From Nitrosopumilus sp. (GTDB lineage Archaea; Thermoproteota; Nitrososphaeria; Nitrososphaerales; Nitrosopumilaceae), in NCBI GenBank assembly GCA_965223425.1, contig OZ245003.1, positions 1,664,001 to 1,728,000 on the forward strand: DNA of 64,000 nt, read 5' to 3'. The position numbers were made by a program, and so were the translations under genes. Under the pieces are notes generated by a model. The model had not been told where the DNA came from. It worked only from the letters and a program-made list of their open reading frames with translations, and did not search any database. Shown one piece after another: positions 51,191 to 61,093 of this stretch; the stretch's first letter is position 1; each line of letters begins with the position of its first letter.

Positions 51191-51500
51191 CAAAGTGCAA
51201 AAAATGCAGTGAAGAGTTCAGCTGTGACAACCCACAGATGATCGAGGGCGTAGTCACCGAAAACATGTGTCTGTGTGCCGAATGTGGGACAGACATACTG
51301 AACAGGCAGTACGACATGGGACTGAGCGATACGTCAATGCAAATACTGTGTGATCCGCGTGAAATACTCGGTGATTTATAGATGACAAGCATGATCAGAC
51401 CGCTCAAACAGTCACCGGCAGAAAACACAAATCAGGAAGACGGCACCGTCTTCAACGCGGAAACAATTCCGCAAACAGATCAACAAAGGAGGTTGATAAA

Positions 51501-51767
51501 ATGAGACAGCAAACCAAACTAGAAAAACCAAAAACAAAAACACAGGATCCGGCAAACATCCCGGAAACTGCAAGAAAAATAGCGGCAATAGACCTTCTCG
51601 ACAGGCCGGACAAAGTACACATACAAAGGACGGCAGCTGCAATCGCAGTCAAATACGGAGATCAGGTATACATGGTGACATTACACCACATGGTACCGGA
51701 GACGGCACAGGTGCTGAGAACCAGTGACAATTCAATTGTCGGATTCTCGGCAGTTGCAGGCGGATAA
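51501..51767 (+). CDS. Hypothetical protein, duplicated at 59768..60034
   Basis: ATG after the RBS element; near-identical copy. Confidence 0.6.
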   Translation: MRQQTKLEKPKTKTQDPANIPETARKIAAIDLLDRPDKVHIQRTAAAIAVKYGDQVYMVTLHHMVPETAQVLRTSDNSIVGFSAVAGG

Positions 51768-51779
51768 ACCATCCACAAC

Positions 51780-52394
51780 ATGAAAGACAGTAACATACCC
51801 AAACTGGGGGAGACAGACGGCACGTCATTTGATGAGAAGATAATCCATCAGATGTGGTTTGAGCCGCAATCACATTTCTGGTGGCTCATAGCAGAGTACG
51901 ACCCGGAAGACGATATCGCGTTTGGATTCGCAAATCTCGACTCGGATATGAACGCCGAATGGGGACACATCCCCATTTCAGAGATAAGGGGAATTGGGGC
52001 AGTACAAGACGACAAATGGAAGCCGGTAAAGTTTCCGGAAGGAAAACAGATGGCAAAAAACCGCGCATCGGCCGCCTTTTCAAATTCGCAGAAAACCGGA
52101 AGTGGGTCGGATCTGGACGGCACAGAAAATGAAATACGCCGCCTGTTTTTTAGAATCATAGAACTGCAGAAGGAAAAAAGCATTTGCAAAGAATACCATG
52201 ACAGCACATCAGATGAGGAAGTGCTTGGAATTGCCATCAGCAACTATGTGGAATGGGACGGAGAGAGAATCTTCCAGATCGCAAAATCGGCATTTGAGGA
52301 CAGCAACTTTCGCCAGTTTAACTCCGAGTTTGAGGATTTGTGGAATGCAAATGTAGATGATGTACAAGCACACATCAAGAAGCGTGACAGTTAA
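51780..52394 (+). CDS. DUF2958-like protein
   Basis: 'WLIAEYDP....FGFANL.....AEWG.I'. Confidence 0.6.
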   Translation: MKDSNIPKLGETDGTSFDEKIIHQMWFEPQSHFWWLIAEYDPEDDIAFGFANLDSDMNAEWGHIPISEIRGIGAVQDDKWKPVKFPEGKQMAKNRASAAFSNSQKTGSGSDLDGTENEIRRLFFRIIELQKEKSICKEYHDSTSDEEVLGIAISNYVEWDGERIFQIAKSAFEDSNFRQFNSEFEDLWNANVDDVQAHIKKRDS

Positions 52395-52720
52395 CTCCGA
52401 GTTTGAGGATTTGCGGAATGCAAGGGGCCACTGCTGAGGCATGAGGGACTTTCACATAAACAAAAAGCTGGGATGCCTTCGCATCCGGATGGCCTACAGG
52501 CGCCACGGTGCGGCATTTGAGAAGCTCTTCAACTTCTCATTGCACATTGGCAAAAACGAGCTGTTCGTATCAAGGCACTCAAAATCCCGACTGCCGAGAA
52601 TAAAATGGAACGAGTTTCAGAAAAAATGACTCGGCAACCGACGGCATGGAATGACTCCATGCTGCAACAAATCAACAAAGGAGGTAGACATATCAGCGCA
52701 GAAAGGGGGGCGGCTAACTA

Positions 52721-52990
52721 ATGAAACAAAATCTTCAAACATACAAACAAGAGAAAACACTCCCTGAAATTTATGTCTGCATTATCTGTGGCAACGAGAA
52801 GATATGCTACGCCAAATCTAGTGACAAACGGGAGTTGCCAGTTCATCTAAAAACCCATTGTGAAAAATGTCAGGAAGTTACACAATTTGATTATCGACAC
52901 TGGATCGATAATACGCTTTTCTTGCTGACCGCAGAGGATGAGAAAAATAAAGGATCTGGCGAAACTCAAAATCCCGACTGCCGAGAATAA
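52721..52990 (+). CDS. Zn-finger hypothetical protein
   Basis: CIICG, CEKC. Confidence 0.45.
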   Translation: MKQNLQTYKQEKTLPEIYVCIICGNEKICYAKSSDKRELPVHLKTHCEKCQEVTQFDYRHWIDNTLFLLTAEDEKNKGSGETQNPDCRE

Positions 52991-53079
52991 AATGGAACGA
53001 GTTTCAGAAAAAATGACTCGGCAGCCAACGGCATGGAATGACTCCATGCTGCAACAAATCAACAAAGGAGGTTGATAAT

Positions 53080-53634
53080 ATGGAAGAAAAAGCAATAGAA
53101 ACAAGAATACACGAAGACAAAATACTTGAGATATACCAGGACGAGTTCCCGGAATCGCCAAGAGAATGTGACAACCTGGGAATCATGATATGCGGACACC
53201 AAAATTATGATCTTGGCGACGAGCAATATGACAAAGACACCTTCGATGGGAAGGTCTCGGCGGCAACAGAAAAACTCAACTTGCACCTGATGGACCACAG
53301 CGGGCTTTGGATGAGCACGGGACCATTTGCGATGGATCCGCAGGGATGGGATTCCGGAATAGTCGGCGTCATATACACCACCGAACAGAAAATCACAGAG
53401 ATGTTTGGGAATCGTAAAAGGCCATCAAAAGAAAAGATAGCCGGCATGCTGGAAGAAGAGGTGAAAATATACAACCAGTATCTGCAGGGAGATATATACT
53501 GCTATACGATCTCTGAAGTCAAGACATGCTCGCTTGGAGAAGAACACAAAGAAATCATCGACTCGTGCAGTGGGTTCTACAACGTTGATGACATCATAAG
53601 CGATGTCGGAGCAGAGAACTGGGAGTGCAAATAA
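53080..53634 (+). CDS. Conserved MGE/phage hypothetical protein
   Basis: 'ESPRE.DNLG', 'DHSGL', 'WDSG.VG.IY', 'EVKIYNQYL.G', 'DSCSGFY'. Confidence 0.65.
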   Translation: MEEKAIETRIHEDKILEIYQDEFPESPRECDNLGIMICGHQNYDLGDEQYDKDTFDGKVSAATEKLNLHLMDHSGLWMSTGPFAMDPQGWDSGIVGVIYTTEQKITEMFGNRKRPSKEKIAGMLEEEVKIYNQYLQGDIYCYTISEVKTCSLGEEHKEIIDSCSGFYNVDDIISDVGAENWECK

Positions 53635-54201
53635 ATGCCTAACTGGTGCTATATCACACTGGAAATTACAGGCCCGGAAAAGGAGATAGACTCCATAATG
53701 AGGTCAGGGCTCGACTTTGAGAAGATACTTCCGACTCCAAAAAAACTGATAGCCCACAACTCTGCTCTCAAGGAACTGTTCCTGAGACTTGTGGCAAAAA
53801 TTAGAGGCGACAAATGGTACATGGAGGTTGCCCACCTGACTGAATCCCAAATGGCGGCAAACCTGGCAGAATACGGTCACGAGTACTGGTACTCTTGGAG
53901 GATGGAGAACTGGGGGGTAAAATGGAACCCGAAAGACGGACACAATGACATCAAAAGGGTCTCCCCAGTAAAAATCGAGGCTGCTTTAATAACTTCATGG
54001 GGTGTTCCACTCAAAATCCTACAGCACATCAGCAGGTCCCACCCCAACACAGAAATACACATCACAGACTGCGAGGAGGAATCAGGCGAGTTTGTCGGCT
54101 CATTAAAGATCCTAAACGGTGAGGTAGTCGAGGACACAGTACACAAGCCTACAGAATGCGAGCTGAGAGAACGTAACATGCTGTGCGAGGAAGGGGACTG
54201 A
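53635..54201 (+). CDS. DUF1281/YubB-like ferredoxin-fold protein
   Basis: 'MPNWC...L.ITG', 'DFEKILPTP', 'WYSWRMENWGVKW'. Confidence 0.7.
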   Translation: MPNWCYITLEITGPEKEIDSIMRSGLDFEKILPTPKKLIAHNSALKELFLRLVAKIRGDKWYMEVAHLTESQMAANLAEYGHEYWYSWRMENWGVKWNPKDGHNDIKRVSPVKIEAALITSWGVPLKILQHISRSHPNTEIHITDCEEESGEFVGSLKILNGEVVEDTVHKPTECELRERNMLCEEGD

Positions 54202-54446
54202 TGTCCGAATTCACGCAGAAAAAGGCAAGAAATCTCATAGACACTGGAAGCATAGCCCGAATAGATGACTTTACGTTTCAGGCCAAGGCATCGACTACGG
54301 GAAAATCATACATCATAAGGAACGGGGCATGCGAGTGTCCGGGATACAGGTACCGGGACGACTGCTCCCACGTGCAGGCTGTACAGATTATGATGCGCAT
54401 AGATGAACTGGGCCTCTTGGAAAAAATAAAAAGAAAAAATGCGTAA
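54201..54446 (+). CDS. SWIM zinc-finger protein
   Basis: CxC...CxH ('CECPGYRYRDDCSH'). Confidence 0.7.
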   Translation: MSEFTQKKARNLIDTGSIARIDDFTFQAKASTTGKSYIIRNGACECPGYRYRDDCSHVQAVQIMMRIDELGLLEKIKRKNA

Positions 54447-54533
54447 AACACAGAGTATCAATTGTTTTGGTACACAAATACAAGCCGGAATTGTCTGGCT
54501 TTAAAAACAAAATCAACAAAGGAGGTTGATAAC

Positions 54534-54941
54534 ATGAAGAAATATTATGTGGAATGGCGCGACGACGACCAACAGGAAAACGATGTGGTGGAAGCTACAA
54601 CCGCCGACGAAGCAATGAAAAAAGTAACAGACGAAATGGACAAAAGAAAAGAGGACTGGACTATCAGAGAAACCGTGACAATTTTCGCGGATGAAGAAAA
54701 AACCAAGCAGTTGTTAACCAAAGAATACAACCGTGATCCTGACGAGCCAGCCTGCACAGATCCGGCGGGCCATGATTGGGAAGAATCCCAAGGCAGAACC
54801 GGTGTACCCAATTACGACACCATTGTAAGCTGGTGTGAGAAATGCAAACTCAATAAAAAGATAATTGGTGAGGAGATCCCCGACGGCTCAGCAGGCGACA
54901 TTTTTTATTCGTACGCAGAGGAGGAGGGTGAAAACCAATGA
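54534..54941 (+). CDS. Hypothetical protein
   Basis: ATG after the RBS element; acidic; C..H..CxxC. Confidence 0.55.
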   Translation: MKKYYVEWRDDDQQENDVVEATTADEAMKKVTDEMDKRKEDWTIRETVTIFADEEKTKQLLTKEYNRDPDEPACTDPAGHDWEESQGRTGVPNYDTIVSWCEKCKLNKKIIGEEIPDGSAGDIFYSYAEEEGENQ

Positions 54942-55393
54942 AATATTTTTCAGACGTAGGGCCAGCAATAGCCGAAATCAAAACACGGCTCCAAAAGGAA
55001 TCACATGCTGACATGGAATATTCCATAATGTATTATCCATTCGCAAAAGAAAAAAAACAATACTGTGTAAGTTTGGATTCAACATCATGCTCCGTTCCAC
55101 AAAACGAATATCTTAGCTTGGAAAGTCAGTATGATGATCCCACTCTAAATCATAGAGATTATGGGAAAACTGTATTCACCATAAATGCCGATACAATCAA
55201 AGCAAGATTGGCCTTCGATACAATCAAAGCAAGATTGGCCTTTGTTGGACAAATTACAATGACCGAATTCATGGAAGGGGAAATAGATTCCTGGTTTGAC
55301 GATTCCGTTACTGATGAAATAGATGAGAAAATTGCAGACGTAATGGCCGAAGTCGAACGCCTCAACAGCAGTATCAAAGAGGAGGATAACTAA
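54938..55393 (+). CDS. Acidic hypothetical protein, paralogue of 55699..56247
   Basis: Shared 'EIK.R...ESH..M.Y.I.YYPFA', 'QY.DP...H.DY', 'WFDD'. Confidence 0.6.
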   Translation: MKYFSDVGPAIAEIKTRLQKESHADMEYSIMYYPFAKEKKQYCVSLDSTSCSVPQNEYLSLESQYDDPTLNHRDYGKTVFTINADTIKARLAFDTIKARLAFVGQITMTEFMEGEIDSWFDDSVTDEIDEKIADVMAEVERLNSSIKEEDN

Positions 55394-55698
55394 TGTCCAA
55401 AAAACACATCTACATTACACCACGGCAAGAACACTGGGGCGACGACGTAACATCTGTAACGATGATTGCAGACGAAAAATGTACCAAGTGCCGCGGCGAT
55501 ATGGAAATGGAAGTGGATCCAGAGACAGGTCACGGCTCCGGTGGAGTTGTTGAAGCATGACTGTCACAGATCCGAACTGTAAAAAGACAAAAATCACAAA
55601 ATAAAAATGCGTAAAACACAGTGTCAATATTTTTGGCGCGCAAATAAAAAAGCCGGAATTTTCTGGCTTGGAAAATCAACAAAGGAGGTTGAGAACTA

Positions 55699-56247
55699 AT
55701 GTCAACAGAAAAACAAAAAGAAGAACAACACAAATTTGATGATTTTGACGATGCACTTTCTGAAATAAAATCCAGAATGTGTACAGAATCACATCAGGAG
55801 ATGCAGTATGAGATAACATACTATCCGTTTGCAGAAAAGAAGGAAAAGTACCGCGTCGACTTGGTTCCAAAATCAGGAGGAACGCCGGCAAACGAATATT
55901 TCGGACTTTGGAAGCAGTATGAAGATCCCATGATGGACCATACTGACTATGCACGAGTGGTATATCACACTGGTGCGGACATGTCTGAAACTCAAAACAA
56001 CCATGAGGCGTGTAAAATCTGCATGGAGAGTCATCACAGAGAAATTGATGATGAGGGAATCTCATACATCGATCACAAATACGACGATGATCACGACTTT
56101 GAGGGATCTGGAAAATTCCAGTCATATCTAGAAGATGAGGTTGACGGCTGGTTTGATGATGCTTCTGCCAAAGTCGACGAAGAAGTAGAATCAGTCGATG
56201 AAGAAGTCGAGAAATTTCAGAAACAAATCAACGGGGAAGACAACTAA
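55699..56247 (+). CDS. Acidic hypothetical protein
   Basis: Paralogue of 54938; follows the RBS element. Confidence 0.6.
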   Translation: MSTEKQKEEQHKFDDFDDALSEIKSRMCTESHQEMQYEITYYPFAEKKEKYRVDLVPKSGGTPANEYFGLWKQYEDPMMDHTDYARVVYHTGADMSETQNNHEACKICMESHHREIDDEGISYIDHKYDDDHDFEGSGKFQSYLEDEVDGWFDDASAKVDEEVESVDEEVEKFQKQINGEDN

Positions 56248-57196
56248 TGTCCGCAGAAAGCCAGGCCGACAGAACATATTATGACATCGTAGCAAGGTGC
56301 ACTAACTGCAAGGAGTACGAAATTTTCACACACGATGCCCCACTTGAGGTCGGCAGCAGTCTGGATATGTACCCATGCAGCTATTGCGGCGGAAATACAG
56401 ACGATATAATCGTAACAGAATGTGCGGCGGCTAACTTATGACCGACAAGAAAAAAATTGACAAAGCCCTGACCATTTTGGAAAAAGAGTTGGATGGTGAG
56501 GAGATAGGTGCAATAATACAGCGAACAGATTGCGGAACAGGTGAAAACCTGATCGACAAAATGAATTTTGAAGAATCCGACTCTGTTTTCAAAATCGCAC
56601 ACACACTACTTACAGAGTATAAACAAAACAAAGAAGAGTTAGACGCACATTTCAAAATGACTCGGGCAGAAATATCAGAGAATTTGGATGGGGAAGATGA
56701 AAAATGAGTCGGCTCCGCAAAGTCTGCAAGAGTATAAAAGATGTCCATGAAGACTGTGATTACGGATATATCTTCGGCCACCGCCGCTGCCACGAAGATG
56801 CCGACTCCGACATGGAGGATGCCGCAAATTGGGCAGAGCAGGTAATGGAGGCATACGACTAATGCCGGCAGAAAGCCAGATCAGATGCGCAACGCGCCCA
56901 CATACTGAGAAATGACCTGGACACGGAAGATAATCGGCGACGGCATTCCCGGTGTGATAACACCAGCTGAGATACGCAATGCCATTGGAAACTATGAGAT
57001 GGCGTTTTTCAGAAAAAATGGAAAATGGCGTCTCGGACCGAATGTCCTCTCATCATACAACGGCACTGAGGACTGCGGCATAGATCTGCTCCATGACACA
57101 GACGAATGTGATTTTTCAGAGGACTATACTGTCACTGATTATATCACCAGTGTCCTTGATGCACACGAAGATGCAGAAAGTGAACGGCTCCGTTGA
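56247..57196 (+). CDS. Run of small coupled hypothetical ORFs (56247..56441, 56438..56707, 56912..57196)
   Basis: Stop/start overlaps; the first has two CxxC. Confidence 0.45.
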
Positions 57197-57360
57197 ATGG
57201 AGCAGTGTCCACTTGACTACATCTACAATGACTTTGTGGCAGAGTCAAAGAAATGGAACGGCTCCGTTTAATGGAGCAGTGTCCACTTGACTACATCTAC
57301 AATGACTTTGTGGCAGAGTCAAAGAAATGGAACGGCTCCGTTTAATGGAGCAGTGTCCAC
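57182..57360 (+). repeat. 74-bp tandem repeat, ~2.4 copies
   Basis: Units start 57182, 57256, 57330; contain hairpins GCTCC/GGAGC and TGACTTTG/CAGAGTCA. Confidence 0.9.
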
Positions 57361-57396
57361 CTTTCTGAAAACAGATCAACAAAGGAGGTTGATAAC

Positions 57397-57735
57397 ATGA
57401 AAAATGAAAAAACAATATTGGAACGGACCGGGTCGAAAATGAATAAAGGCGATAAGCAGTACCACCTTTTTTCAGACCCCGGACACGGATGGCTCCGTGT
57501 CAAAAAATCAGAGATAGACTCGCTGGGAATAGCAGAGAAGATCTCAAAGTACAGCCACACAAGCAAGAGATGGAAGACAAAGTACGTGTTTCTTGAGGAG
57601 GACGACGACATGGAAGTGTTCATCGCGGCAAAGAAAAAACAGAATCCCGGCTGGGAGCTTGATGCCGTAGAACACACACTGCCGGAGAGGGAATCGATAA
57701 TCCGGAGCTTTGAGACATATGACCCAAAATTCTGA
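57397..57735 (+). CDS. Conserved MGE/phage hypothetical protein
   Basis: 'SDPGHGWL.V', 'ISKYS', 'LEEDDD'. Confidence 0.65.
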   Translation: MKNEKTILERTGSKMNKGDKQYHLFSDPGHGWLRVKKSEIDSLGIAEKISKYSHTSKRWKTKYVFLEEDDDMEVFIAAKKKQNPGWELDAVEHTLPERESIIRSFETYDPKF

Positions 57736-58561
57736 AAAGGCAACAATGCTTTTGCACAAAATTGCAGAACAATTCTCACAAAAGGAATTCCCAAGAGCGT
57801 GCGCAAAGACGTTCATAACCGTGCCGGACGGGAACATTCCGTCCTCATCATGGTCCCTTGGCAACAAGATACTCATGATGATGTCAGGAACGGCAGACGC
57901 AAGGGGATACAGGCAGTGGGAAAAGGTAGGCCGACACGTCAAGAAGGGCTCAAAGGCAATATACATACTTGTCCCAATGACCAAAAAAATCGAGGACAAA
58001 AAAACGGGCGAGGAGAGGGTCGCAATGATAGGGTTCAGAGGCGCGCCCGTATTCTGCTATGAGGATACCGAAGGCCAGCGTCTCAAAACATACGAGCCCC
58101 GGGTACTTCCGCCACTGTTTGATCTTGCAAAAAAGAACGGCATTGACGTGAGATACGCAAACTCAAAGAATGGGGAATACGGCTCCATCCAACTCCATAC
58201 CAAAAAAATAACGCTCAGTACAGAGTCTCATGACACGTTTCTGCACGAGCTGATGCACTGGTACGACGGCAAAAAATACAAGCTAAAGCCAAAGCAGGAT
58301 GCCGAACAGGAGATAGTGGCACAGCTTGGCGCATGCGTTCTGGCAGAGATGTACGGGTATGACGCACGGGAGTACACGTGGAACTATGTCTCCTCATACG
58401 CAGAAACCAAGTCGCCGCAGGAGATTGGACAGAGGTGCTTCAGAGTCCTTGGCCGCGTGCAGCAGGCAGTCAACGCAATACTGTATGATGCAGACGAATG
58501 GGTGAAGGAAGCGGAAAATCCGCGTTTAAAAGAAAACCGTCCAATAGAGGTTGAAAACTGA
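57719..58561 (+). CDS. ArdC-like antirestriction/ssDNA-binding protein with zincin HExxH domain
   Basis: 'WSLGN', 'ARGYRQWEKVGRHVKKGSKAIYIL.P', 'PVF....TEG', HELMH, 'EIVAQ'. Confidence 0.75.
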   Translation: MTQNSEKATMLLHKIAEQFSQKEFPRACAKTFITVPDGNIPSSSWSLGNKILMMMSGTADARGYRQWEKVGRHVKKGSKAIYILVPMTKKIEDKKTGEERVAMIGFRGAPVFCYEDTEGQRLKTYEPRVLPPLFDLAKKNGIDVRYANSKNGEYGSIQLHTKKITLSTESHDTFLHELMHWYDGKKYKLKPKQDAEQEIVAQLGACVLAEMYGYDAREYTWNYVSSYAETKSPQEIGQRCFRVLGRVQQAVNAILYDADEWVKEAENPRLKENRPIEVEN

Positions 58562-58935
58562 TGTCGCAAGACGGCTTTGAAACCATAAAAAAGATGAAGC
58601 TGAACCACCTGCCAAACGAGGCGGAACTGGTAATGCAGAGGCAGCGAAACTCGTACATACCAAAGGACAAGTTCCAGTTCGGGATACCGACCACGTTTGT
58701 CTCACCTGAGAACGGCGAGACTGTATGGAACTCCGGGCCATCAATCCAGCTCGAGCAGATACCGGAACTCATTGAGATGCTAAGGGATGTATACGAGAGA
58801 TATTCCGGAGACAAAGATCCCAAGGCGGCAAGGACATGTACGGTTAAGGATGTGTTCAGCTCGGTGAAAAACAAACTGGATAAAATCAATCCCAAGGCGG
58901 CAAGGACATGTACGTTTGCAGATGTTGCAGAATAG
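58561..58935 (+). CDS. Hypothetical protein
   Basis: Coupled to the ArdC-like gene. Confidence 0.45.
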   Translation: MSQDGFETIKKMKLNHLPNEAELVMQRQRNSYIPKDKFQFGIPTTFVSPENGETVWNSGPSIQLEQIPELIEMLRDVYERYSGDKDPKAARTCTVKDVFSSVKNKLDKINPKAARTCTFADVAE

Positions 58936-59172
58936 AAGCAATGATGCAAATCACTGCAGGCAACGATGTTACAGTATGGCGCGCTCGATAATTACAGATG
59001 CCATGACAAAACACCCCGCCAAGATAATACATGACGCGTGGAAAATCCTGGGAATCGCCCAGGATTCCATCCGCCTAAGAAGGCACAAAAGGGCACTCAA
59101 GAAGATAAGGCGGGAACTCGTGGGAATTCTTGACTCCTAACATTTTTTAGGATGCAGGGCGAGCAAAAGAAC

Positions 59173-59319
59173 ATGTCAAAGGCAAAACAGGTCACAGATG
59201 AGAACGATCTCCGGGCAAACGAAGAATACGCAATAGAGCAGTACGAATCAGGCGCAGACCGACCAAAGTCATTTAAAACTCCTGAAGAGTTAATAGCTGA
59301 TCTTCACGAACATAAATGA
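59173..59319 (+). CDS. Putative antitoxin (48 aa)
   Basis: MSKAKQ...KSFKTPEELIADLHEHK; ATGA overlap with the toxin. Confidence 0.55.
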   Translation: MSKAKQVTDENDLRANEEYAIEQYESGADRPKSFKTPEELIADLHEHK

Positions 59320-59591
59320 TTTTGTGGCATACGGAAATAACCAAACTCTTTGTGGTCAGTTACAAAAAACTTTCTTCGCGACTGCAAAAGCAAACAGATG
59401 AGGCCATACTTGCCATTGCAAAATCAGAATTCCCTGCCGATTTAGGAGTTCCAAAAAAAGGAAAGTATGGGGGATACTTTGCCTATGAGCTTGGACGGTC
59501 ATACCGATTAATCTACAAGGTTGTCAATCCACAAAAAATCATTTTGTTGGTTGTTGTAGGTGATCACAAGTCAGTATACGGCAATGACTGA
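59316..59591 (+). CDS. RelE/ParE-family toxin
   Basis: 'F..SYKKL', 'SYRLIY.V', 'VGDHKSVY'. Confidence 0.75.
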   Translation: MILWHTEITKLFVVSYKKLSSRLQKQTDEAILAIAKSEFPADLGVPKKGKYGGYFAYELGRSYRLIYKVVNPQKIILLVVVGDHKSVYGND

Positions 59592-59767
59592 TGCAGTCTT
59601 TACTGACTGTATTATCCAAACCAGTCTTATCTTGAAACGGAAGAACCAACTGAGTGGACGGATATTGACAAAACATATGACAGTTCTGAAAAATATTTTT
59701 CAGAAAATACGGATGCAGACACTGTCTGCAAGCAACAAAAAAACAAATCAACATGGAGGTTGATAAA

Positions 59768-60034
59768 ATGAGACAGCAAACCAAACTAGAAAAACCAAAA
59801 ACAAAAACACAGGATCCGGCAAACATCCCGGAAACTGCAAGAAAAATAGCGGCAGTAGATCTTCTCAGCGGAGCAGAAAAAGTCCACATACAAAGGACGG
59901 CAGCTGCAATCGCAGTCAAATGTGAGGGACAGGTATACATGGTGACATTGCATCATATGGTGCCAGAAACTGCACAGGTGCTGAGAACCAGTGACAATTC
60001 AATTGTCGGATTCTCCGCAGTTGCAGGCGGATAA
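59768..60034 (+). CDS. Duplicate of 51501..51767
   Basis: Near-identical protein. Confidence 0.6.
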   Translation: MRQQTKLEKPKTKTQDPANIPETARKIAAVDLLSGAEKVHIQRTAAAIAVKCEGQVYMVTLHHMVPETAQVLRTSDNSIVGFSAVAGG

Positions 60035-60049
60035 ACCATTCATAGCAGC

Positions 60050-60571
60050 ATGGAAAACAACGGAATACCCAAACTGGAAGAGACAGACTGCACACCTTAT
60101 GATGAGAAGACCATCCATCAAAGGTATACAAACAGGGACTCGTTTACCTGGCTTATGGCAGAGTATGACCCGGAGACTGAGACATACTTTGGATTTGCAA
60201 ACCTGAATTCAGATATTGATGCAGAATGGGGTTTGATACCAAAGTCGGATCTTGATGCATTCAGTGCGGTGTTGGATGCAGAATGGAGTCCTGCTCCGTT
60301 CTCAAAGGCGAAGATACTGAACCAGTCGATTCACTCTCCCCTGAGAAGGATGGAGATGACAGAGGACGGGAAGATAAAGATCATAAAGGAGAACGGGAAT
60401 GCCACGTACAACTACGGATTTGTTCCGCAGGGGTACTTTCAGGTCGGGTGCATGTTTATCAAGACTGACAGAAGGGCACTCAACTATGCAAAGAAGATGA
60501 ATCCGAACTTTGAGTATGCAATAGTTGAGCGGAAGGCCATGGCGGCATCTGCAAAAAGCAGTGCAAAATAG
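60050..60571 (+). CDS. DUF2958-like protein
   Basis: 'TWLMAEYDP....FGFANL....AEWGLI'; C-terminal domain differs from 51780. Confidence 0.6.
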   Translation: MENNGIPKLEETDCTPYDEKTIHQRYTNRDSFTWLMAEYDPETETYFGFANLNSDIDAEWGLIPKSDLDAFSAVLDAEWSPAPFSKAKILNQSIHSPLRRMEMTEDGKIKIIKENGNATYNYGFVPQGYFQVGCMFIKTDRRALNYAKKMNPNFEYAIVERKAMAASAKSSAK

Positions 60572-60586
60572 TACCGGCGTGAGACA

Positions 60587-61057
60587 ATGAGTGAGAAAAC
60601 AGAAGAGTTCGAGTCCTCCATGGGCTTTTTGCAGGACTGTTATTCAGCAGAGGGCGCAGATAAGCGGAAGTTAGAAGAGTTCATGGCCGCCTTTCGCAAA
60701 AGGTTCGAGGACCCGCAAATAGGAAGTACCGTGGACGAATTTTATGACCGCGAGGAGAAATGGAAGGGAATAACTGTCTCCGGGGAGGGCGGCAACACGA
60801 TTGACGGTGCTCCTGCCTTTGACTATTACGCCCCACAAGGCATGGGCATATATGACGGAAACGTCTTATTTGCCGCCCGCAGATGGCTGCTTGAGCACAA
60901 ATTTGAGGTGGAGTGGCATGATCCGGGAACGGTCTTTCTGATCAGGATCACAAAAAATGACGCCACAAGACAGCTTGCAGACATGGGGAACAGGCAGAGA
61001 AAGGCGCGCGAGAACAGTTCCCCGGAACGCATCGCCGAAGAGATCGGCATGTTCTGA
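60587..61057 (+). CDS. Hypothetical protein, paralogue of 42658..43056
   Basis: Shared motifs. Confidence 0.6.
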   Translation: MSEKTEEFESSMGFLQDCYSAEGADKRKLEEFMAAFRKRFEDPQIGSTVDEFYDREEKWKGITVSGEGGNTIDGAPAFDYYAPQGMGIYDGNVLFAARRWLLEHKFEVEWHDPGTVFLIRITKNDATRQLADMGNRQRKARENSSPERIAEEIGMF

Positions 61058-61093
61058 TCTCATGGAATGTAAAAAACAAAGGGATGAATTCAC

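Noticed and set aside
57182-57360. Second CRISPR array
   Set aside because: Units are identical end to end, with no unique spacers.
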